Assembly (NCBI RefSeq): GCF_936981045.1
Contig: NZ_OW441264.1
Location: 300,001-332,000, forward strand
Direction of reading: 5' to 3'
Length of the DNA stretch: 32,000 bases
Origin: Candidatus Saccharimonadota bacterium
GTDB taxonomy: Bacteria; Bacteroidota; Bacteroidia; Cytophagales; Amoebophilaceae
How positions within the stretch are numbered: position 1 is the stretch's first letter; the number at the start of each line of letters is the position of its first letter. Of this stretch, positions 15,459-23,397 are shown in pieces. Made by a program: the position numbers and the translations under genes. Under the pieces are notes generated by a model. That model made no database searches. It was not told the origin of the DNA and saw only the letters and a list, made by a program, of their open reading frames with translations.

Positions 15459-16396
15459 GGAGTCTTTTGTTTTAAGTGTATAAATATTTTTTAGGATTTA
15501 TCTTTACCTAAATCATAACACTTAAAACAATGAAAAGAAAAGAGACAGTTAAAGATAGGATAAGCAAGGCCATAGATGTACTGATAGAATCAGGTGTAGA
15601 CCTTTCCAGACTTTTTGATCAAGACGGCTTACTCAAACAATTAAGTAAGCGTCTTGTAGAAAAAGCATTATATGCTAAAGGTATGAGTCTGTCAGATATT
15701 CAGATTCAAATACAGGAATTATATGGCGCAGAAGTAAGTGAAAGCCTGATAAGTAACATCACAGACTCTGTTATTGAAGATGTTAAGATATGGCAAAATC
15801 GTCCCTTAGAATCAGTCTATTCTATTGTTTTTTTTGATTGCTTTGTAGTTAAAGTTAGACAAGATAAGCGCATCATCAACAAGGCAGTCTATGTTGCTTT
15901 AGGTATAGATAGATCTAGCATAAAGGATGTTTTAGGGCTTTGGATGAGTGAAAATGAAGGGGCTAAATTTTGGTTAGGCAATTTAACAGAACTCAAAAAT
16001 CGGGGTATGAACGATATGCTCATTGCATGTACAGATAATTTGTCAGGCATGTCTGAGGCCATTGCTGCTGTATACCTAAAAACGGAACATCAGCTCTGTA
16101 TTGTTCATGCAATTAGGGGTAGTTTGCAGTATGTTTCTTATAAACATAGAAAGGTATTAGTTGCTGATTTAAAACCAATTTATACAGCAGTTACCGAGCA
16201 AAAAGCATTGATGGCCTTAGAAGCTTTTGCTACTAAGTGGAATCAACAATATCCACAAATAGCCTAATCTTGGTATGCTAACTGGGATAATCTGATGGTA
16301 TTTTTACAGTACCCTAATGCCATGCGTAAGGTCATTTACACAACAAATGTTTGGAATCTGTAAATAGCCAATTTCGTAGAGTTACCAAAAATAAAA
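15459..16396 (+). mobile_element. IS256-family IS 'type B', copy B3 (internal deletion, 3'-truncated by MITE-6)
   Basis: The left terminus matches 10069 onward. About 210 bp are missing relative to B2 (B2 has EKALQSEMDY...KILSLYAKGMSL, here EKALYAKGMSL). There is a TAA at 16265-16267. It shares the 1-nt frameshift at ~16346-16358 with B1. It ends at ..ACCAAAAATAAAA next to the MITE. Confidence 0.85.
15530..16267 (+). pseudogene. IS256-B transposase (copy B3, deleted and prematurely stopped)
   Basis: Track ORF of 245 aa, collinear with B2 apart from the internal deletion. Confidence 0.85.
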
Positions 16397-16637
16397 AAGT
16401 GAGTTCGGGATTTATTTGACTGATTTACAACAATTTAATATCAATTATTTAGTTAATATTTGCACCTATTTAACAAGTTTTTATATCTAATTTTATAAAT
16501 ATAATATATATAATAAACTGATTACCAGAATTATTTGTTATTCAACTACCTATTTAACTGTCTAATAAAACAAATTTTATAAATTTTCATTGATATTGAT
16601 TATCAAATGAAAAAATAATCTAATCCCGAACTCAGGT
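16397..16637 (+). repeat. MITE-like element, copy 6 (forward), chimeric junction
   Basis: The left tip variant is AAGTGAGTTCGGGATTT. The right tip is CTAATCCCGAACTCAGGT, so the last 7 nt match the IS982-type tip (rc ACCTGAG) rather than the usual CTCACGT. The left flank is IS256-B3 (TAAAA) and the right flank is IS3 (ATTGA). Confidence 0.88.
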
Positions 16638-17148
16638 ATTGATTATAATTGTAATGGAAAGATTTTTTAGAACCCTAAAATATAATTGCATATTTATCAA
16701 TGATTTTAAAAATATTAAAGTGTTAAAAGAGGGAATTAATAGGTACATTACCAAGTATAATTATAAAAGATTCTATTCTAGCATTAACTATCAAAAACCT
16801 ATGAACGTGAGTTCGGGATTAGATTATTTTTTCATTTGATAATCAATATCAATGAAAATTTATAAAATTTGTTTTATTAGACAGTTAAATAGGTAGTTGA
16901 ATAACAAATAATTCTGGTAATCAGTTTATTATATATATTATATTTATAAAATTAGATATAAAAACTTGTTAAATAGGTGCAAATATTAACTAAATAATTG
17001 ATATTAAATTGTTGTAAATCAGTCAAATAAATCCCGAACTCACGTTATGAGTGTTTATCTTAGGTATTTAAAAAATGGGGGCTAGAAAATGGGAAAAAGT
17101 AGGAAACAAAATTAAGGAAAATTTGTCCGAAGAAATCAGTCCAGTATA
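16638..17148 (+). mobile_element. IS3 'type D' 3' fragment (D3: end of integrase ORF plus right terminus), interrupted by MITE-7
   Basis: 16639-16803 encodes ..MERFFRTLKYNCIFINDFKNIKVLKEGINRYITKYNYKRFYSSINYQKPM, the IS3 OrfB C-terminus (compare 27181..27453). After the MITE it continues to ..GAAGAAATCAGTCCAGTATA, the inverted copy of the left terminus. Confidence 0.85.
16805..17045 (-). repeat. MITE-like element, copy 7 (reverse orientation), intact insertion
   Basis: Perfect tips, flanked by direct TATGA (16800-16804) and TATGA (17046-17050). The uninterrupted paralogous site exists in IS3 copy D4 (~27210-27230, minus strand). Confidence 0.92.
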
Positions 17149-17150
17149 CA

Positions 17151-17432
17151 ATTCATAGCGTGCAACCCCTAACACCCCGGAACTTGTAAGATGGTTATGG
17201 TCTATTTTTTCCATCCTACTATCAGTCTTCCTGTAGCGACTAGACAGTCGGCAAATGCGCTTAAAAGGTTTAACGAGGCTAATTTGGGTTCACTTTTGTT
17301 GCAGCCCGCTATTTTGCAGATGCATTTAAAAGTAACTTGAACCTGTAAGTCGCTTCACAAATCCAACCTCCTTCTAGACTCCTGAAATAGACAAATTAGA
17401 GTCTGGGGACTTACACCCCATTTGTTTCACAC
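17151..17432 (-). mobile_element. Group II intron, 5' fragment G2 (first ~283 nt only)
   Basis: The reverse complement begins GTGTGAAACAAATGGGGTGTAAGTCCCC and is collinear with 13637-13919. I counted 11 substitutions in the first ~110 nt by manual alignment. It is truncated where the IS3 D3 terminus begins. Confidence 0.8.
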
Positions 17433-17675
17433 CTGTGCCGGAGTGCCATTAGAAATCCGATACATATGGCTGATAACGAGCAAACCTACAATCAAACGAA
17501 TAGGTAAAGGAGGTTGGCCAGGACCATGGCTAAAATAGCGGTCTAAATCTGATATTAGGGAGTGCCAAGGAATGGAATCAGCTAACTGAAATAAAGCCTG
17601 TTTGGGATTAAGAAAACCAGATAAGCGTTGCTCAAATAACCTATCACAATTATGATATATTCTCTTAGATTTCAT
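17433..17675 (-). pseudogene. IS5-family transposase, N-terminal fragment (interrupted by group II intron G2)
   Basis: MKSKRIYHNCDRLFEQRLSGFLNPKQALFQLADSIPWHSLISDLDRYFSHGPGQPPLPIRLIVGLLVISHMYRIS.. matches the InsH-type N-terminal domain pattern (..idW..l...l...y...GrP..pirlmvgLLll.h.y.lS). The last codons of the track ORF run into the intron. Confidence 0.7.
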
Positions 17676-17858
17676 CCTTATTTTGCAAGGTTTTTATACA
17701 AAATAACGCAAAATTTGGTTATTCTACAATACAAATTTAATCATATTTATCTTGATTAACAAATAAATATATAATATTTCAGGGATGACTATTTAACTAC
17801 CCGCTCAACTGGGTGATATACAATCGCATTTGCACAGAACGAGTGCGTAGTTCAAGCT

Positions 17859-18911
17859 TCAATGCATAATTTGTAGCCTATCCAGGGCTTTTCTATATTT
17901 ATAGGCATTTTTTAAATGTGCACTATAATGACGCGCAAAGTAATGCAACCCTGAAAAATCTTCTTTCGCTGAAAAAAAAAGATAATCATGTGGCACATAA
18001 TTGAGTACCGCATCAATCATAGCCACGCTGGGTAAACCAATAGGTCCAGGTGGTAGACCTTTCTTACGATAAGAATTATAAGGCGAATCGATATAGGTAT
18101 CTTGTTGCAACACTCTGTTAATAAGCAGTTGCTTTTCTCTCAGTGCATAGATAAGCATTGGACAGGATTGAAGCGGCATATTACGTTTTAGTCTGTTTAG
18201 ATAGACCCCTGCAATCATAGCTGCTTCTTGTGGATCATTTGTTTCCGCTTGCACGATAGAAGCCAAAATAGAAACATCAATTGGACTTAATTGTATTTTT
18301 TTTGCTTTATGCATCCGTGTTGTGTTCCAAAAACGTTGATAAGCCAGGTGCATTTTTGATAAAAGTTGTTCTGCAGTAATGGTCCAGTATACCTCATAGG
18401 TGTCTGGAATAAACATGGTTAATACATTTTCTGGCGTAAATCCATAGGAAGATAACTTTTTAGCATCATGTAGCAAGTTGCATAGTGCTTCTTTGTTTAC
18501 ACCTATACGGCTGATCAGTTGGTCTACTAACGAAGTTGTATTGGCCGCGGTGGAAAAAGTAAGCTTAACGGGATGCTGCATACCACCACGCAACATCCTG
18601 ATCAATTGCCAATTGGTTATATTACCCATGAGTCGATATTGGCCGGGTGTATTTTTAGGATGGTACTTCAACAAATAGACTGCCCATAAAAAGGCAGCTC
18701 CATTTCTTATATATCCTTCATTTTTTAGTTGCTCTTTGAGTTGGTAGCGTGTACACCCTCTTGGAATAAGCAATAAACAACTGGTTGCATGGACATTAGG
18801 CAGACCAAGTATCGCATATAAAGTAACGCAAATCAAAAAGGTAATCGCAACCATCCATTGCATCCTTTTTTTAAAAAAGAAAGCAGTATAAATGGAGGTA
18901 AGATCTACCAT
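17859..18911 (-). CDS. mltG: Endolytic murein transglycosylase MltG (YceG-like)
   Basis: An N-terminal TM segment, then ..ILASIVQAETNDPQEAAMIAGVYLNRLKRNMPLQSCP...SPYNSYRKKGLPPGPIGLPS..., which are the YceG family blocks. Confidence 0.9.
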   Translation of the reverse strand: MVDLTSIYTAFFFKKRMQWMVAITFLICVTLYAILGLPNVHATSCLLLIPRGCTRYQLKEQLKNEGYIRNGAAFLWAVYLLKYHPKNTPGQYRLMGNITNWQLIRMLRGGMQHPVKLTFSTAANTTSLVDQLISRIGVNKEALCNLLHDAKKLSSYGFTPENVLTMFIPDTYEVYWTITAEQLLSKMHLAYQRFWNTTRMHKAKKIQLSPIDVSILASIVQAETNDPQEAAMIAGVYLNRLKRNMPLQSCPMLIYALREKQLLINRVLQQDTYIDSPYNSYRKKGLPPGPIGLPSVAMIDAVLNYVPHDYLFFSAKEDFSGLHYFARHYSAHLKNAYKYRKALDRLQIMH

Positions 18912-19020
18912 AGATTAATAGACAATTATACAATCATTGAACAACTAGGTAAAAGACAGATGAAGTCCATAAAGCGCAATCTGAAAACCACCAATTTTTA
19001 CGCCACTGTTTGATTTGCGC

Positions 19021-20145
19021 CTATAGGGTATACTTATATCTCCAATGTGCTGCCTTACCATGCTCCGCTATATAATCCATGCGTTCTGTACGTATTTGTA
19101 CTTCTAATTGTCCATATTTATAGGTTTCAAAGGTAAGATGAAGCGATTCGTAGCTACTGTCTCTTGGTGTACTGACCCAGTCCCTCATAATATTGCACAT
19201 TGGCTTATAAAGATTACTAATGATACTAAGCATTCTCCAACAAGCTACTTTTTCCTCTTGTAACGTTTTACCATCCATATTGGTTAGAATGATTCTGATG
19301 GCAGTAAGGTCATGTACTTGGTCAAAGCTAATCTTTAATTTTTTAATTTTATGCCAAATAGAATAAACAGATTTAATCCGTTTTTTTATGATAAAATGAA
19401 TGCCACGTGTTTGCAGAGCGGCTTGAACTTCCTCAGCAATAAGATTTAGCTTTTGTTGCCTTTTCATTTTAGTCATCCCAAGTTTGGCAGTGATGGCATA
19501 GTAACTAAGTGTATCTGTATGCTTTAGCCAAAAATCTGCTAATTTGGTTTGAATATCATACATCCGCATTCTATGCGAGAGTGGGATATAAAAATATTTT
19601 AGATCAAGCAATAGTTGAGCACTAGAATGGACCAATTCTGAATCTAGATTTTCCAAAGCTACACCGCTACAATGTACACGAATGATGTCACACATTTGTA
19701 GCAAAATGGCTACAATATGGTGGCAATTTATATCAGGATGATGCGGATAATTACGAATGGTATCATTACGCAATCTATAGCGCTTTAGTGCTTCCAGTTC
19801 CTTCAATATGGAGGTTGCTTTTGCGCCAAATCGCTTTTCAACAGCTTCTTCTTTAATCAATCCTGCTAAAAAAGCTGGTGTTAAGATCGCGGCTATAGCA
19901 GTAGGCAGATCTAAAGACATCTCCGTAGTAGCAATGATCGCTACTTGTAGTGACTCTTTTACCGAAGGCTTGAATGTAGCTTTGTCTACTTGCTCTCCAA
20001 AGTGCTCTGCCCATTGATATGCTTCCTGGATAATGGAACAGGATTGTTTTATGTCATTTGCATGCTGGCTTACCGCTCTTGCAAGTTGATGCAGATTCCA
20101 AGCGTTGACATCAGGGACTGTATGCTTTTTCATCATTCTGTACAA
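19021..20145 (-). CDS. RelA/SpoT-homologue, N-terminal half only (degenerate HD domain plus (p)ppGpp synthetase domain), 374 aa
   Basis: Synthetase blocks are KRIKSVYSIWHKIKK, HDLTAIRIIL, SSYESLHLTF, LEVQIRTERMDYIAEHGKAAHWRYK. The ORF ends 6 codons later at a TAG. The region equivalent to the HD hydrolase site reads ..KPSVKESLQVA...AILTPAFLAG.. and lacks the H and HD residues. No TGS or ACT region follows. Confidence 0.8.
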   Translation of the reverse strand: MYRMMKKHTVPDVNAWNLHQLARAVSQHANDIKQSCSIIQEAYQWAEHFGEQVDKATFKPSVKESLQVAIIATTEMSLDLPTAIAAILTPAFLAGLIKEEAVEKRFGAKATSILKELEALKRYRLRNDTIRNYPHHPDINCHHIVAILLQMCDIIRVHCSGVALENLDSELVHSSAQLLLDLKYFYIPLSHRMRMYDIQTKLADFWLKHTDTLSYYAITAKLGMTKMKRQQKLNLIAEEVQAALQTRGIHFIIKKRIKSVYSIWHKIKKLKISFDQVHDLTAIRIILTNMDGKTLQEEKVACWRMLSIISNLYKPMCNIMRDWVSTPRDSSYESLHLTFETYKYGQLEVQIRTERMDYIAEHGKAAHWRYKYTL

Positions 20146-20437
20146 TCAAAAAAAAATTACATTGGCCAGTTCCACAAGCTTATGCGTTTAGGTGATCGGC
20201 TTACCCCTAAGGTAAGCTCTCTATTTTAAAGTTACAAACTAATCATGCGAACAGCAAAAATAATCTTATAACCTAAGTTCGGGATTAGCTTGTTAAAAAA
20301 TAGCTTTAAAAAGCTTCTTTGTGTTTTAAATTTGGAGATAAAAAAATACTAACCAGATTATCCAAAGGAGCCAGTTATGAATGTAGAAATAATTAGTTGA
20401 AATATATTATGCTGTTGATGAATTTCTCATAAAGTTT

Positions 20438-20626
20438 ATGCCGTATATGGAAAAACAACTGTTAACCAACTCTAAAAGAAAACCCACTAGAACTTGTTCA
20501 TTAACTTTGAGTGAAATAATGACTGTTCTTATTGCCTTTCATGTGATTGGTTTTAGAAATTTTAAGTCTTATTATATTCATTTACAGCAATTTCATTCTA
20601 GTAAATTTGGAAAATTAGTAAGCTAG
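20438..20626 (+). pseudogene. IS982-family transposase, N-terminal part (copy C3, 5' frameshift)
   Basis: Identical in sequence to residues 21-82 of 1752..2000. It ends at the same TAG. Confidence 0.8.
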
Positions 20627-20665
20627 AATAGATTTGTAGAACTGATCCAAAGAACGTTAGTTCCC

Positions 20666-21259
20666 TTGTACTGTTTTACACAAAGTCTTTCTAAAACAAA
20701 AACAGGTTGTTATTTTATGGATGCAACAGCCATCAAGGTTTGCCATATCAAAAGAGCCTATACGCACAGGGTTTTTAAATCGATTGCTACTAAAGGTAAA
20801 ACCAGCACCGGTTGGTTTTTTGGATTAAAGTTGCACTTGATAGTCAATGATTTAGGAGAAATTATGAATTTTCAACTGACCACAGGTAAAACTAATGATA
20901 GGCTTCCTGTAGAAAATTTGTGTAAACACTTGATGGGTAAAATGTTTGCCAATAAAGGTTACATAAGCAAAGATTTATTTAAAAAACTGATCGAGAAAGG
21001 CGTGGAACTCATTACCCAGATCAGAAAAAATATGAAAAATGCTTTTATGCCACTCTGGGATAAACTGATGCTTAGAAAACGATCTATAATTGAAACTATT
21101 ATAGATCAGCTCAAAAATATTAGCCAGATAGAACATTCCAGGCATAGAAGCATACCTAATTTTCTAGTCAATTTGATAGCTGGAATTACAGCTTATGCAC
21201 TAAAAGAGAAAAAACCTTCTATAACTAATATATATATGACTGGTTCACAATACGTATAA
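20666..21259 (+). pseudogene. IS982-family transposase, C-terminal part (copy C3)
   Basis: Same frame as 20438..20626. It is near-identical to 28795..29388. Confidence 0.8.
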
Positions 21260-21562
21260 TCCCGAACTGAGGTGCTTACTAATAATGGCAACCCACCCAA
21301 ACCCACATGCATGTTTCATTAACATTACTTTTCATAAAAAAACTAAATGGCCGAAAAAACGGCTTGTTTTAAATTTCTTTGTGGCATACAAATTCTATTT
21401 ATTAGACAACGTGATAAAAACCTATTTCTGTTGTAGTGCATCTTATACATTTAATAATTATTTATTTCAATAACCATTTGGCTTACCTGTACTGGTTTAT
21501 TTGTATTTTCAAAGGGTCTCATTATCTTTATAAATAGTTTAAAAATCTACAATTTTTAATGC

Positions 21563-22486
21563 ATGGTTACAACTATTTCAGAGAACTACCATATGCCAGT
21601 AATGGTAGATGAAGTGATGAAAGGATTGGCTATAGTACCAACAGGGCACTATGCAGACCTTACTTTTGGAGGAGGGGGCCATGGAAGAAGAATAGTTGAA
21701 TCGCTTTCCAGCGGCTATTTATTTGCCTTTGATAAGGACCCAGAGGCTGCTAAAATGGCCCTCTTGTTTAGAGGTAAGCCTTTCACCTTTATCAGAACAT
21801 CATTTCGGTTTGTAAAGGAGTTTATAAACTTTTATGGAATCAGACAATTAGATGGTTTACTGGCAGATTTAGGCACCTCTTCGCACCAAATAGATACCCC
21901 AGAACGTGGTTTTTCTACTCGATTTGATGGCGTATTGGATATGAGGATGGATCCAAATGTCGCACATTCGGCGCAGAGGGTGGTGAATACCTATTCAGTA
22001 GAACAGTTGGCTTATATATTGCATTTTTATGGGGAAGTGGTCCGCTCAACTGCTATTGCCAAGGCCATTATAAAGGCACGCAACCGTGCACCTATTGCAA
22101 CGACCTATCAGTTGAAAGCTATTATTGAGCCATTTGCCCCTAAACTAAAAGTAAATCAGTACCTTGCAAAGGTATTTCAAGCCTTTCGTATTGAAGTGAA
22201 TGATGAGCTTGGTGCATTAGAGAGGTTGTTAAAGCATAGTGTTGAATTGATTAAACCTAAAGGGCGTTTGGCCATTATTGCTTATCACTCTTTGGAGGAT
22301 CGATTCATTAAAAACTTTTTTAATACAGGAAATGTGTTGGGACAAGTGCAAAAAGATGCTTATGGTAATCTAGTACGTCCTTTTGTTCCACTACAAAAAA
22401 AGCCTTTTTTACCTTCTATAGAGGAGGTAGGTAGAAACAGTCGTGCCCGAAGTGCACGATTACGGGTAGCTGTACGTGTTGCATAA
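21563..22486 (+). CDS. rsmH: 16S rRNA (cytosine1402-N4)-methyltransferase RsmH (MraW)
   Basis: YHMPVMVDEV.., DLTFGGGGH, DLGTSSHQID, IAYHSLEDR, NSRARSARLRV are the canonical RsmH motifs. Confidence 0.93.
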   Translation: MVTTISENYHMPVMVDEVMKGLAIVPTGHYADLTFGGGGHGRRIVESLSSGYLFAFDKDPEAAKMALLFRGKPFTFIRTSFRFVKEFINFYGIRQLDGLLADLGTSSHQIDTPERGFSTRFDGVLDMRMDPNVAHSAQRVVNTYSVEQLAYILHFYGEVVRSTAIAKAIIKARNRAPIATTYQLKAIIEPFAPKLKVNQYLAKVFQAFRIEVNDELGALERLLKHSVELIKPKGRLAIIAYHSLEDRFIKNFFNTGNVLGQVQKDAYGNLVRPFVPLQKKPFLPSIEEVGRNSRARSARLRVAVRVA

Positions 22487-22537
22487 CCCTATTGAACTAG
22501 GGGATATAAGATCTATCGATCTTTTAATGAGCATGAA

Positions 22538-23272
22538 TTGATAATGGTTGTAGCGTTTTTTGCACTTTTTCTTTCAGCATTACTAGGTGGCCTAGTCGTT
22601 ATTGCGCAATGTTCCATTAACATTTTACCACATTTGCTAACTTTTTCGGGTGGTTACTTATTGGCAAACACTTTTTTGCATCTAATGCCTGAGCTCTTTA
22701 TTTCTAAGGTTATGGCCATTCATGTTGGGGGCTATATCATGATTGGATTTTTTTTGCAGCGTTTTATTGAAACCTTTAGCGCTGGCGTAGAGCATGGCCA
22801 TTCTATTGCTCCAGCTTCAGGCCACTATTGTGTAAAAAACTATAAAATACTTTCTTTTTTAACTTCTATAGCATTGCATGCGCTCTTAGATGGTACCCTT
22901 TTGGCCCATGGTCATGCCGATCATGCTACCCAAGAGGGGCTTTTACTTGGCATGATGCTTCATAAATTTCTAGAGGCGGTTGCTTTAATGATTGTGTTGA
23001 GTGGATTTACCCTATCCGTACGACGGATGTTGTTCTATTTAACGCTGTTTGCTTTAGCCGCTCCAGTAGGGTTGTGGCTAAGTAGCTATGCCAACCATTA
23101 TATTTCTGATTATGGTAGTATCATATTATTATCCATTGTAACCGGTAATTTTTTATACATTTCGGCTACTATGCTTTTTGAAGCAAGTCCCAATCATCAT
23201 TCGAACCAGCTTACGTTGTGGATCAGTTTACTTGGAGCTACCCTCGCGGCATTGGTCGAATTTTTATTGTAG
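22538..23272 (+). CDS. ZIP-family divalent metal transporter (ZupT-like)
   Basis: A multi-pass membrane protein with HLMPE, a His-rich loop (EHGHSIAPASGH, HGHADH) and HKFLEAVAL. The track start is a TTG, and ATG 22544 is an alternative. Confidence 0.72.
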   Translation: MIMVVAFFALFLSALLGGLVVIAQCSINILPHLLTFSGGYLLANTFLHLMPELFISKVMAIHVGGYIMIGFFLQRFIETFSAGVEHGHSIAPASGHYCVKNYKILSFLTSIALHALLDGTLLAHGHADHATQEGLLLGMMLHKFLEAVALMIVLSGFTLSVRRMLFYLTLFALAAPVGLWLSSYANHYISDYGSIILLSIVTGNFLYISATMLFEASPNHHSNQLTLWISLLGATLAALVEFLL

Positions 23273-23397
23273 TTGGCTAGGTTGAGGCCTATCTGTGTCA
23301 GGTCACTGGCAAAATGGGTAGTGCTGTCAGAAGGCTGAGTAGATGCCTTGAAGCTAGAAAAGAATAGGTTAAGTTTTATATATGCAGTAACTCATCC

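Larger units (their letters stand above)
20271..21273 (+). mobile_element. IS982-family IS, copy C3 (1003 bp, both tips present)
   Basis: The tips are ACCTAAGTTCGGGATTAG and ATAATCCCGAACTGAGGT. It has the same in-frame TAG (20624-20626) plus a 1-nt insertion near codon 5 (GTAGAAATAATTAG versus GTAGAAAAATTAG). It lies between the RSH gene and rsmH in unique DNA. Confidence 0.9.

Noticed and set aside
20199-20217. Perfect 7-bp hairpin GCTTACC-CCTAA-GGTAAGC followed by a T-rich stretch on the plus strand
   Set aside because: It looks like a terminator, but there is no plus-strand gene upstream to terminate. It sits in the 5' leader or promoter region of the minus-strand RSH gene. I cannot assign a role from sequence alone.
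21285-21473. 62-aa ORF upstream of rsmH; checked as a possible MraZ remnant
   Set aside because: It has no MraZ-like (SpoVT/AbrB) pattern and a low-complexity AT-rich composition. It starts 12 nt after the IS982 tip and is probably non-coding.
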